A program made the translations under genes and the position numbers. A stretch of DNA of 64,000 bases from Zootoca vivipara (taxonomy: Eukaryota): positions 35,340,001 to 35,404,000 of the forward strand of contig NC_083280.1 of NCBI RefSeq assembly GCF_963506605.1, in the 5' to 3' direction. This document shows positions 23,221 to 36,000 of this stretch, in pieces. Below the pieces are notes generated by a model, which saw only the letters and a list, made by a program, of their open reading frames with translations, was not told the origin of the DNA and did not search any database. Position 1 is the first letter of the stretch, and the number at the start of each line of letters is the position of its first letter.

Positions 23221-25780
23221 TCAGCATACTGCACTTGCTATTTTTACGGCAGTTGTTTAATTCCTTGGTTTGGGGGAAAGCACAACTATGTTGAAGTGTT
23301 CCAAAATAGGGTTATTTTTTGACATCATTGAGGGCAATCATATTGTCAATCGAGATCACAAGGTCCTGAACTATATTTATTGAACTTTTAAAAATCAATG
23401 ATGCTTTTCCATAATTCATGTGTCATACATTCTTATTATGACTTGAGGATTATACAGGCACAAGAGCTTGGGTGGGGGGATCTTAATTAAAGCTATTATA
23501 TATGTATAACATAGCCTTGAAGAAATGAATTATCCCTTTAGGGGAGAGGAAAAGGATTCAGAAACCAGAAATTCACTGTGCTCAACTTTAATGACACCCG
23601 ATTTATTGCTACAAGCATAAACCTGTCTGCAGGGCACATTATCTCCACAGCATGGCTGACCAAAGCCTATTTGCAAACAGGTTATGGCCACAGCACAATG
23701 CTATTTACTATTAGGCCAGCTCTCCATCACAAGTATGGCAGCGCTTGCAGAAATCAAGCTCTATTCACTACCGGTATCTGTGGATCCTCAAAATGGCTAA
23801 ACATATTTTTTTAAAAACCCTTTCTAACATTTATTGCATAAACACAGCTTTCTTCATTGGCTGCCTGTGGACTTAGAAAGTGTGTCCAAGCAATCATGCT
23901 TCATACAAAGACAACCCTATCACAAGACAAAGGAATGCAGACACACCATGTGAAATATAACTGAAGTTGATGGCCTTTTAAACTTGGGGGTATAGTTTTT
24001 GGTTGTTATTATGGTGTGCATTTTTGTGGTTTTTATATGGTAAATTTAATTAAGCATAATCATATCAGTAGACGATCCCTTACGTGCTACTTGTGTTCAA
24101 GTAAGTGCAAGTAAAAGTCCCTGCACATCTTCTCCATTCAACACAAAGAGGGTCAGTGGGTGGGGACTGTGGGGGTAGAGTTTGCATGTACAACCCTCCC
24201 TCCCACTCACAGATTCAGTATTCTCAAGTTGAGACAAACACCCAAGCATCCCAACTCCTGCATATTTTTTGCATTCTGTTACATTACATTCTATCACATT
24301 CACACACTTCCATGTACAACACAATAAACAATTTAGCATTCGCTTTGAGCTTTAACTTCAGAAGACAGAAGTCAAACAAAAAAAGACCATATAAACCGTG
24401 GCAGCTCATTCCAGGATAGCGTGTAATACTGCCTTTTCACAGTACTCCTCTAATTAAATTAAGTGATGACTGTAGCCTAAGGGCAGAACCTGCCATCAAT
24501 TCTTGTATGAAATTGTTCATTCTGGAATTTGATGTTATTATTCCGCTCAGTTTGGTTTCCAAAGATGTGATCATCCTCACCTGGCTATCTTTAGAATCAT
24601 TTCCATTAGCTTCCCAACCCCTTTAAAATTTCATTTCAAAGAACTTGCACCCATAAATAAGGATACTATCAGTACGATAGTTGTTGGAGGGAGGGGTGGC
24701 TGGCAGTACTAAAGATCCTTAATTTAACCAGCAGTATTTTCTCACCCCACTGTAAACTGTGCATCCCCAGTAGGCACATATATTAGCACAAGCACAGAAT
24801 TGAGTCTGATGTAAAAAGACAAAGCAAATGGATTTTTACTTACTTTGCACAACACAGAGAACGCACAAATCTTCTAAGGAACCCCAAGGAGACATCCCTA
24901 GCACAGATTCTTCTGCAGCCTTTAGTCTCTGCAAGAAAGCTTGGGAGTTCAAACTACAGGTGATAGTAATTTGTTTCTCACCAATATAGCCCACCCATTT
25001 TCCTTCCAGACTAAGCCTTTCAAGTACAGCCAATTAAACCCCTATTTAGCTGCAGCTGTAACTAGCAGTACAACTCTATACCTAACAAAATGTGACTTAC
25101 TCCCAAGTAAGTCTGGATAGAATTGCAGTCTTAGCCTCCCATTTAAACTAGTCCCATTAAGTATCAACTTGTCAGTTCACTGAAACTGTTGTTTATCGGA
25201 ATTTCTCAGAGAGCCTCAACCAGCCTTTTCTGTGGTGGCTTCTGACTTTTTGAATGCTCTCCCCAAGAACCTGGACACTCAGTTACTCCCTATGGTGGCC
25301 AGATGCAAAAGAGAACAGCCCTCTTTTATTTTAACAAACAAGCAACAAACAATTAAAGGTCCAGGACTCCCATCCTTTGCATTTGGCCACCCTAATTATT
25401 ACTATTTTGGTGTCGAGCAAAAATATTTATGATTTCCCAAGCTCTTAAGAATTACTAATGTATGCATTTTAACTCTGACCAGTTTGGTTTCACTGTCTAT
25501 TTAAATGGCCTGTTGTTGCTTTAGTTTGCTGTACTAGTCTGAATGATTTTATATTATTAGTGGCAATAGTAGCATAAAATTGAAACAAGTCAATAGGATT
25601 TCCTGTCATAACTTGGCTACATTAGGGCCTAAGAGGCAAGCCTTCCTATAAAAGTGGAAGCAGAGTAAAACAGTGTTTACATCATATGGTGGATGGGAAA
25701 CTTTTGATCAGATGGGGCCAAAAGGAAGGAACTACTTACCAAAGACACTCCTTTGAGAGAGAGTGTGTGTATGTGATGTA

Positions 25781-26168
25781 GCGCACATGGTGCAGTGGTC
25801 TAAACCACTGAGCATCTCTTGGGCTTGCCGATCAGAAGGTCGGCGGTTTGAGTCCTCGTGATGGGGTGAGCTCCCACTGCTCTGTCCCAGCTCCTGCCAA
25901 TCTAGCAGTTTGAAAGCATGCCAGTGCAGGTAGATAAATAGGTACCGCTGTAGTGGGAAGGTAAACGATGTTTCTGTGCGCTCTGGTTTCCGTCACAGTG
26001 TCCCGTTGCACCAGAAGTGGTTTAGTCATGCTGGCCACATGACCCGGAAAGGTGTCTGAGGACAAATGCCAGCTCCCTTGGCCTGAAAGCGAGATGAGCG
26101 CCACAACCCCATAGTCACATTTGACTGGACTTAACCATCCAAGAGTCCTTTACCTTTTACCTTTACCT
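25781..26168 (+). mobile_element. Sauria SINE
   Basis: gggcttgccgatcagaaggtcggcggtt head, gtcatgctggccacatgacc body and (ACCTTT)n tail. Confidence 0.9.
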
Positions 26169-27500
26169 TAATGGGTTGGACTAAGAATGAGAAGACCTGT
26201 TTCTCCCTGGCTTACCTTGGACCAGTCATTTCTCTCACCTAAGCTACCTCACAGGGTTATGGGGATGACATGCAAGGCATTGGAAAACTGTATGCCCAGA
26301 GGTCCTTGGAGAAAGGGTAATACATTTAATACATCAATGTAATGAATAAAATCATTGAAAGTCACCTTTTTTTTTATTCAAACAGAAGTACTGAGTGGTA
26401 AGGCTAGCCATTCCCGTCTTCTTTATCACTGCTGAGAAATCTGCAGCCTTTAATCTCCTGTCATAAAGCTGGATGTAAAGACCACTGAAGACAATCAATA
26501 ATAAAAGGCAGCAACCAGCAAAATAGGGAGTATTGTACTTTAAGTTTTTAATACAGTGAGCAGATGAAAATCATTACTGAAAGCTTCAGCCTAAGCAGAG
26601 TCCCAGAGAGGTGATATTACAAGAACCAAATAAAATGAATGAAGAAGTAAATGTCATTGAAAAATGTTGGTAGTTCTGCTTCAGCGTTAAATGCAAGCAG
26701 GGCTGCTGAAGACCAATTTAACAAAAAGCAGCCCGTTAAAGCAGGGGGGACTGGTAGCTATTTGCTTAGGGACAAATGTGGCATGATCTTGGTAAATTGC
26801 TATGGGAATTTGGTTGGAATGAGGAATGACAGCAGAATATTGCAAATTTCACTCATAATAACTTCACGGCGTGTACTAGACTAGTTTGCAAAGAATACAT
26901 AAAAATCCGAACCTTTTGTTAGTTATAAAAAGTACATATTTGAGAGACTGCATCCGACACATTGCTTCTCACACCACTCTGATCCCAATGGAAATTCCTC
27001 CTACTTCGGAGGACTTGATGGATCATAGGAGACACACTAGTGACATTCACAGGCAGTGAAATTTATCCCTGGGGTAGAGTCACTGGAATTACAGCAGGGC
27101 AGAACTAGGTCCCAGTATATCTTCTGTGTCTAAGGAGGAAAGGGAGGGGAAGTTCCATTTGCCTTTAAGGGAGAAGCATCTCAACCGAGCAGAGTGATTT
27201 ATTGACCCTGGAGCCCTAGGCTGATCTGGCTCTCACAGTAATGAAAAATGCATACCATGCCCGGGATTTTTGGCTGCCTTAAGAAACCCAAATACTAATA
27301 TAGTTTAATGCAGCCTGATTGAAAAAGTCTGTACAATATAAGACCATATCTTGCAAGGATGGGAGATTCTCTATATTCTGCTTGCTCTTTCCCAGCCTCG
27401 CAATATTCTGAATCCTCCTTTCTAAAAGTGAAGAAAGGGTTCTAGAAGTGAAGATTTCTCTAGTGCGTGCTTGCTCTGTTTCATTGTCCTTCGTCTAATT

Positions 27501-27636
27501 CAAGCATAGGCAACCTTGGCTCTCCAGATGTTTTGGAACTACAACTCCCATGGTCCCTAGCTAACAGGGCCAGTGGTCGGGGATCATGGGAGTTGTAGTT
27601 CCAAAACATCTGGAGAGCCAAGGTTGCCTATGCCTG
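27501..27636. mobile_element. hAT-type MITE
   Basis: Near-perfect palindrome caagcataggcaaccttggctctccagatgttttggaactacaactcccat / complement. TSD gtctaatt / gtctaagt. Confidence 0.9.
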
Positions 27637-28110
27637 GTCTAAGTGGTCCGTGAGCCATCTAATCTAAAGCTGTTTTAGTTTGAGCCTGTCTCCGATCACA
27701 CCCACACCATACATTTGAAGTACATGGCTTCTGCCAAAGAATCCCAGAAACTGTTGGGAGAGCTGGGAATTGTATCTGCATTCTCAGAGAGTGGACTAGA
27801 GAGAATCTCCCATCCCACCCCAACTTTCATCTGCCCATTTGGGTTATTTTCCCTTAGGTTTAATGCTTTACACTTGTTCTTGTTGCAATCTGTCCAGATC
27901 CTTGGTCTGTTCTGATAAACTTGAATTGAACTTATCCTCTGGGATGTTCACAGGACAGTGTAATATTGCATCATTTGCAAATCTGTTGAGTGCCTACTCC
28001 CTCACCCATGGAGAAAACTATCCACCACAATTGGATCCAGAAAACAACCTGCCTTCCGTGGCTGTTGTGAACTTGCTTAGAATGCAAACATTACTGAAAG
28101 TTGTATTATT

Positions 28111-28218
28111 TCATGCATCTGAAGAAAATGACTTTGGTCCATGGAAGCTTATACCATTAAAAAAAATGCTAGTCCTTAAGATACTGCAAAGTTATTCATT
28201 GCAACAGGCTAACAGAGT
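28111..28218 (+). mobile_element. Old degraded PLE pLTR with decayed hammerhead motif
   Basis: gcatctgaagaa...gtccatggaagcttatacc...gctagtccttaagatac...aggctaacag parallels the layout of the young PLE arms. Confidence 0.55.
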
Positions 28219-28942
28219 AATTTACAGAGGTGGGGAGCAGCAGCAGCAGCCCCCCCCAAAAAAATTCCTTAATGGATACCCGCCTGTTCTGAAACAAAGG
28301 AATCTGACATTTCCAGAACAAATACAAGAGGAGTATCTTATAATAGTGCCAGAGTAAATAACCTTTCATTTTTCTAGATAAAAATCCTTCATCCTTCCAT
28401 TATCTTCCTGACTCCTTGCTCTCTTCTCTCTCTTCTGCAAGATGTCATTAAGTTGGGAACAAGGATTCAAATCTGCCTGAGGTGCCCTTTCAATATCTGC
28501 CCTGATGACAGCTCCCTGGGTACAAAGTAATGACACCGGTATTATCTGAAAACGACCCACTCCTAATAGATTATGGGACATGTTTCAGAGCTTTGCCCTT
28601 TTATTTTTGGCTACCTCCCCAGCGATTGTTACTTACTCTTCACAGTGACAGTTGCCCTGCTGCCAGCTGTATTTTACTGTCATGTAGAAAGAATCCTTAA
28701 GGTTAAATCCCCAAACTGATGACCACCAACTGAATAAGGCTTGTAAGATCCTATATACCCGAAACACAAGTTTGCAATTCCTTTGTTTTTGTAGTACTGA
28801 TGATATTTAGCCTGATCAATACAATTTTGTTTACCCCTACTAAATATGGTTATTCCTTTAAAAATTTTTTAGAAGTGTTCTCTTTTTCAACTAATCTAGC
28901 CCTCGTTGCTAATAAAACATTTATAGCAAATGGGTAACTTGG

Positions 28943-29158
28943 GTTACAGGTAGGTAGCCGTGTTGGTCTGAGTCGAAGCAAAATAAAAAAAATTCCTTTA
29001 GTAGCACCTTAAAGACCAACTAAGTTTTTATTTTGGTATGAGCTTTCGTGTGCATGCACACTTATGTGTATCTGAAGAAGTGTGCATGCACACGAAAGCT
29101 CATACCAAAATAAAAACTTAGTTGGTCTTTAAGGTGCTACTAAAGGAATTTTTTTACT
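28943..29158. mobile_element. PLE inverted-pLTR mini-insertion, copy 3 (hammerhead motif at 29068-29105, +)
   Basis: Starts gttacaggtaggtagccgtgttggtctgagtcgaag. Inverted arms. TSD tgggtaacttgg (28931-28942 and 29159-29170). Confidence 0.85.
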
Positions 29159-31381
29159 TGGGTAACTTGGGGATGTTTTTTTCAACAATGTACCCCCCCT
29201 TTCCACAAGCCTTGCATCCACACACATACGGTATAATACAGCAACTTCCTCCTGTTGCATTTGTTGAGTGTTTCTCTCTGCCAAGCGGTTGCTTGCAGTA
29301 TGAAGAAGATTGAGACCACACAAAGAGTCCTCCAGTGATCTTAAACCAGCACTGAATATTATTTTGCAATGGACTTACAATTACAGAAATAAGGTGGGAA
29401 AATCTCATTCCCCATCCTCCCCCAATTGCTGTTTTCATGTTACTACTTAAAGGAAAGGCATACAAATCATAACTGAATTATAAACTGATTAGTTTTAAAG
29501 AACAAGGTTGCACTCCAAAGCATGCCTAGTTGAAAGTTAGCACCATTGAAATCAATGGGATGTTCTTCAAGGAAAGTATGCTTAAGAGGAGAGTGTTAAT
29601 GTAAATTAGTTATTTTTCAGCAATCTGACTCGGACCATTTTTCATCCTTCCTCCCACCAGCAATGTTTGTGTGTGTTCCACCGGTACAACTTTGACAAGG
29701 GGGAGCAGTTGCATTTATTCCTTGCTGGTGGGTTTGCAGAAACGTCTGGTTGACCATCATATAAAATTGGATGTTGGACTTGATGATCCTGTCTAAATCA
29801 GAAGGGCTTTCTTTATGCTCCCCTTTGTCGGCAACAGCTGTCATTTTATCGCACTCGAGTTCAGTGATAGTGTACTAAGAATGGATACAGTTCTACCAAT
29901 GTAAATTTCATTGCTTCCGTTTATCTTGCTCCTGTACATTTGCACGCTTTGGGATTTATAGTGAAATAGTCCCTGTAAATACATACCCGGTAGCAACCAG
30001 CTATATTTTTAAGTAAGGTATTTATATTGGAATGTTTGCATCCACCCTCTGGCTTAAACCCAGTTACTCATATTGGTATAGATTGCTATAGAAACCAATA
30101 GATCTATCGGTGCACAGTTGTTAAGAATGTGCTTGTATAATCAGTGAATATACACATAATGTATTACTTCTGGCAATGGGAATCCATTTGTTTCTTCAGA
30201 AAGTCTGAGCTTTATAAACAGAGCATTTTATTATTTGTCATATTTAAACATTTCCTCCTCTGCAACAAGTACTGTTTCGAGTGATTGGTTTTCAGTGAGG
30301 TGACTATAAAATACTTCATAGCCCTGGTATCTCTTAATTTTATGGATGGCAAAGATTAGCATGAGGAACGTCTAGTAAAATAACTACTGCTATTAGTGGA
30401 TAAAAGTTGGCAGCGGAAGGCATTTTAAATAGCCCCATTTTCTCCTAAATAGAGGCTGATTTAATTGAAATCTACTAATACCTTTGAGACAGCTGCTTTT
30501 TCACAAGCTACTGTCAGCCCAGAGGGTGGGGGTGTTTAACAGCAAGTGTTCAATTTGCTGATAGGGTGCTTTGGCCAGGCCTACCCAGAGACATTTCACA
30601 CCTGGGGAATAAAATGTAAATTGTACCCCAACTCCTACTAAGTAGCATGGTGCATGATCCACTGGGAAGTTCTCCTGCATAAGTTGCATGTTAATTAAAA
30701 GGAGCTGTTCTCATGCGCACCTCCTGGTCATTTTCCAACAAGGCTTCTGCGTGTTGAGTCATGGTAGATTGTGCTACCTGGGCAATTCATCTCATGGTAA
30801 GGACCACCTCTGTCTCTGTCCTACTGAGACATGCTTTGGGCTTCATCAGAAGCTGCAATTTGTGGCCTGGTTCATCCATGCTAAAATCCCCCCCAAGAGG
30901 CGCAATCCCCTGGTTCCAGCCATTTAAAGTAACCAGGAGGTGGAAGCCCACTGTCTTCCCAGCAGCAATTTGTGCAAGTGCAGTGGGTAAAAAATGCTCA
31001 CATGAATTGCCACCTGCAACCTGAAGTACGCCATGGCCTTGTGTTCCTTCCTCTCCTCCCTCCCCTTGCAGGCACATCCACTGAGCTCTCGCCACATTAG
31101 AGATCTTAGCAGAGACGAATCAAGCCAGAACTGCTGAATTCCTTTGGGATGGTAATGCTGTATCCTTCAACTATATGAACCTTCTTGTTGGTTAATATCA
31201 CAGATTAATTCCCATGAATGAACTGGTTTCCATCTGGGCCATGTATATCCTTTTCCATGATGCCAGGAAAGGCAATCCTTCAAACCAATTCCAAAGCTGA
31301 TTTTTTTATACGGAGGATAAATCATCAGCTGGTTTGAACTCCCTGACTGACAACACCTATTGCATGTACATTGTGGGCTTG

Positions 31382-31586
31382 GTTACAGGTAGGTAGCCGT
31401 GTTGGTCTGGGTCGAAGTAAAATGAAAAAATTCCTTCAGTAGCACCTTAAAGACCAACTAAGTTTTTATTTTGGTATGAGCTTTCGTGTGCACTGTATCT
31501 GAAGAAGTGTGCATGCACACGAAAGCTCATACCAAAATAAAAACTTAGTTGGTCTTTAAGGTGCTACTGAAGGAATTTTTTCATTT
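31382..31586. mobile_element. PLE inverted-pLTR mini-insertion, copy 4 (hammerhead motif at 31495-31532, +)
   Basis: Same layout as copies 2 and 3. TSD tacattgtgggcttg (31367-31381 and 31587-31601). Confidence 0.85.
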
Positions 31587-33556
31587 TACATTGTGGGCTT
31601 GTTTTTCTTTTCTCCGCTTTAAGTTTTAAGGCCCTGTTTTCCAAAGAATAGAATTGGCATTGAGGGGGTTTCATTTCTAGTGGACAACAACTTGATCGGC
31701 GTAGAATATCTGGTACCATGAATTTATTCAACCTTTATTTTTGTAGCAGATCCAAATGGTCATAAAATGTCGCTAAAGCTTGGCTACCAATAATGCTGTT
31801 TTACTGCCCCAAACACTGAGACTTCAGGACTCCATACTCAGTGTGTAGGATTGCTGACCTACACCGCTCAAGGATAAGTGACAGGATGTGACAGTAGCAA
31901 AACACATTCCTAATTCTCAGTGTTGTCCATAAGGTAGAATTGGCCATGCAGTACTTGGTTTCAAGTCATAGGCCAGCTAACTGACATGAGCTAGTTACTA
32001 TCTCTTGGCCTCTGTCCACTATCTGCAAAATGGGAATAATAATGGATTGCTCACACACTTTGCATAATAAAACATGCCTGTTGATGATAAGAAGCTTCAC
32101 ATTGTCGTATCCCAGTTCTGCATTCCTGTTTCCTAGTTTCACGTCCTTTCACTTGAATCCTGCATTTCCTTGGACTCTAGGATGCTCCCCATTTAAACCA
32201 CCTTAGACTGTAGTCCCCTGCACACATACCTGAGAATAAGCCCCATGGAATAAAATGTAATTTTGAGTAAACATGTAAAGGACTGCATAGATGCTCTCAC
32301 CTACTCCAGATGCACTCCTATGCTTGCTTAATAAGTAGGTGAGACATTCTTCTGAGTAGACCATATGGAATTACAGACGGCAACCTACATTTCACATTCT
32401 GGTTCCATCTATTTATCTTTTTTTCTTATTTAGACCTGAGACCCAGTAATTACACTTACCTGGCTTCCAGTTTCTGTTTTTGCTGACAAAACCCATTTGG
32501 GTTTTGATATCTGCATGGCAGCCTCATTGACCTGGTGCAAATTCAAACTTGCAGCTGCAGGATTCCTGTCTCTGGGACCTAAGCCAGAATGCACACAGAG
32601 GGATGTTGGTTTACTTCTGCCTACTTATTGAAAACAAATTTTCCTCTACACTAGGACCAAATGTCTTTAATTGCAAAATGAATACCAACTAAGCTAACGG
32701 AAAGGTCAGCGGTCACGCTGCTTTGCGTTGTTATTTAGCTGACCTGGGCTCACTTTCTCTGGTTGGTTTCTTGCTCCCTGAACTATGCGGGTCCACTGGG
32801 AAGGAGCAACCAGTTTGCCAGAGGAGGAAAAAGAGTGCCTTGCATCATTCAGCTGCAGTCCTCCACTTCATTAAAGAGCAGCAATGACAGACTGCCAGCT
32901 CTGCTCTTTAATCAGGCAGGAGGATGCCTAGATGAAGCATGAGAGCTAAATCAAAGCAAGGAGAGAGGAAAAATCAGGCGTATCTCTGCATATGAGCTGA
33001 GAGATCAGGAGAAATCAGAATTATGCCCATCTTATCTCTTTTACAGCTTAGAGCTTCAATAATAGAATATTTGTGAGTTTTGGACTTTTAGAAATTAGTT
33101 GTGTCTGTACTAACGTCTCTGTACCCAGAACCTGGAACTGTGAACACACCAAAATAGGTGCTGAATGTGTTTTGCAGCTGGATACATTATTATATGGGTT
33201 GTGCAAAACATTCAGGTAGCAAATATTTTCAGTGCAAAAGGGTTTCCACACCCAACACTCCGAGGTCCAAAATGTTCACCAAGCTCTTCCCACAGAGTTT
33301 AGCTTTGTTACACCAGTTTAAAGCTGCCAAGAAAGGCACCAGTTGGCTATTAAAAAAGAAAGAAAAAACAGGACAAAAACAAAAGTGAGGTTTTCTGTTT
33401 CCAGCCAATTAGCGATCACATAGCTGGTGTGAGGATATCACAGCTCCTCACGGTCCCATTGTAACTCAGGGCAGGGCTTTCTGTGTGGGTGGCCTTGCTC
33501 TGTGGAATGGCATTCCTGTAAGGATATGTTCGGCATCCACTATCTACACTTTTCGC

Positions 33557-33906
33557 GGGACGCGGGTGGCGCTGTGGGTTAAACCACAGAGCCTAGGGCT
33601 TGCCGATCAGAAGGTCGGCGGTTCGATTCCCCGCGATGGGGTGAGCTCCCGTTGCTCGGTCCCAGCTCCTGCCAACCTAGCAGTTCGAAAGCATGTGAAA
33701 GTGCAAGTAGATAAATAGGTACCACTACAGCGGGAAGGTAAACAGCGTTTCCGTGTGCTGCTCTGGTTCGGCAGAAGCGGTTTTGTCATGCTGGCCACAT
33801 GACCTGGAAGCTGTACGCTGGCTCCCTCAGCCAATAACGTGAGAGGAGCACCGCAACCCCAGAGTCGGTCGCGACTGGACCTAATGGTCAGGGGTCCCTT
33901 TACCTT
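33557..33906 (+). mobile_element. Sauria SINE inserted in an L2 3' remnant
   Basis: gggacgcgggtggcgctgtgggttaaacc head and (ACCTTT) tail. TSD tatctRcactttYc (33541-33554 and 33907-33920). The flanks (33470-33960) resemble an L2 3' end. Confidence 0.92.
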
Positions 33907-35869
33907 TATCTGCACTTTCCAGAAGCAGCTGAAGACAAGCCTTTTTTCTGACAAGCCTTCCCAGCTGAATGAACAGGTCTCTGCCATGAGGCAAAAGTCC
34001 TGGCATTGCTAAAGGTTAAAGCATGTGCTATGTGCATAGCGAACAGGCAAAATCAGCTGTGCTGGGGTGGGCAGGGGAATGCCAAGGTGGATTGGACTTT
34101 CAGCTGCACAGAAAATTGACTGAGCCACCATCACATTGCTCTCCCTAAGAATAGGCAGAAAAGGAAATGCATCCCTATCGCTAAAGCCAATATACTCGCT
34201 ACCTGTCTTTTGACTCTACCATGATGGTTTCATTATACCTGCCGGCAAAGCAAGGCGAGTCACAGAGCATCAGCCTAATTGCCTTGTCAACAGGAACACA
34301 CTCCTTTCCCTCCCCTACACAACGGGTGAACACGTCGCCTTCTGTAGTGCCCATCAAAAGACTGACAGAAGGGAAGCACTTCTCGCAAGGTCTTGTGAAA
34401 AGGTTTATGAAAACCTGCCCCTATTTTGGCTCATCCCTAAGGAACGCTCTCTCTTGCCCACTGCATCTCTCATTGTTTACAACTCAGGACGTACTCTTCT
34501 GCACCCGATCTTTATTCCTCATACATTTAGCTGAATGTAAACCGCCTACCCACAATTACGTAGTGGTCACAATCGGAGGATACACACCTGGCTCATTCCA
34601 GAAAGTTTCACATAAACATAAGAAGAGTAATTTGTTGCCTGAGTTGGCGAAGAGAGGTTATCTCACGTAGGAGTGGATTTCCTAAGGATTTCACTTATGC
34701 CTGCTTGAAATAGATCTTGCCTGGCCATAGGCACTGTCCGCTCTGCCAAGCACATATAGAAACCCTGGCATTGTACGCAATCACTTATCCAAGAATAAGA
34801 GAAAGAAGTCTTGCCCAGGACTGCTGACTCTTTTAAACACACTTCTTCCTCTAATTGCTCCCTCGATTAAGTCAGCAAGTTGGGGACTAAGGCTCCTTCC
34901 AGACTGTCACTGTCTTCTGGTGGGATTCAATCATTTACTGGCGAGTTTAGGTTGCACAATTATAGGTAATTGGAGGTCTTGTAAAACAAACCCACTTCCC
35001 CCAAAGACCCGACTTTTGTGATAAGTAAAATGGCAGAAAAATGTACTGGAAAGTGTGGAATAATACTTGGTTTGACAAAACATTGTCTAACCTCTCTGTA
35101 AACAAATCACAATGACTGCTTATTAAATAGACAATGGTGTCTAATCTTCCTGCAAACAAATCAGGGTGAATGCTGATTAAACCCGTTGTCTGGAAGTGGC
35201 TGAAAGTGAGTTCAGGAACTTTCATCACACATAAGTGATGGTATAAAAAGGCTCTCCTTAGCAACACAAACGCCAGGGGTTTGCGAGAGTGGTCCACAAG
35301 TTTCATTCAGGTAATATGTGGTGGTGACTCTAACTTTTACAAAAAATACTGTAGCATCTAACACAGCGCATTACAATAGCTAACAACAGGCAGGCAAATC
35401 ATTAAGTGGTCTGCCAAGACCCTCAGCACAAGATGCAATTAAAAATGAAGATTTTATTTAAGAAGTTCATTAATAGAGTTGTGCAAAATTACAAGAAAGC
35501 AAGAAGGATGTAGATGCAGCCAACTTTAATTAAGACTTAAATCTAATTAAACCTTAATGATACTTTTTTGTTACTAGGGTGCCATTCAGCCTGACTCAAC
35601 ATTTGTCAAGGGTGAAAATGTTCAGACCTCAGACCTCTGAAAACTCAACACACACAAACATTTCAATTTCTGAGGAAGTCACCAATGAAAAGCAGTGGAG
35701 CTGGGAGAGAGATTATAGAGCTAGGCCTTTTAGAGTTACTGACTTGAACATTGTGGTTAACTTTCTAAAGATTTGGCGAGAGCAGGTTTATACTTTAAAG
35801 TGGTGGGAAGCACATTTGTGTATTTCTGACTCAAGTGAAATTTTGTCTGAAAAGAGATGAATTGTAGAC

Positions 35870-36000
35870 AAGTTAGTCTGTTGCAAGAAAAACAACAACA
35901 GGTCTTGTAGTTCCTTAAACACTAGCAAATTTATAAATGGCATAATAAGTTTTAATGGACTAGGGCCTACCTACCCCATGCATGAAGTGTTATCCTCAGA
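35870..36000 (-). mobile_element. Old degraded PLE pLTR
   Basis: gttagtctgttgcaagaaaaacaac...cttgtagttccttaaacactagcaaattt...aagttttaatggact resembles reptile PLE ends. Confidence 0.45.

Noticed and set aside
28366-28581. Minus ORF with KREKR, resembling a neuropeptide precursor cleavage site
   Set aside because: The dibasic motif comes from a (GA)-rich low-complexity stretch. There is no signal-peptide exon or recognisable peptide, so it is kept only as a weak exon candidate.
29617-29844. 75-aa minus ORF
   Set aside because: It overlaps a decayed CR1-type 3' end (gatgttggacttgatgatcc...ctttctttatg) on the + strand and has no coding evidence.
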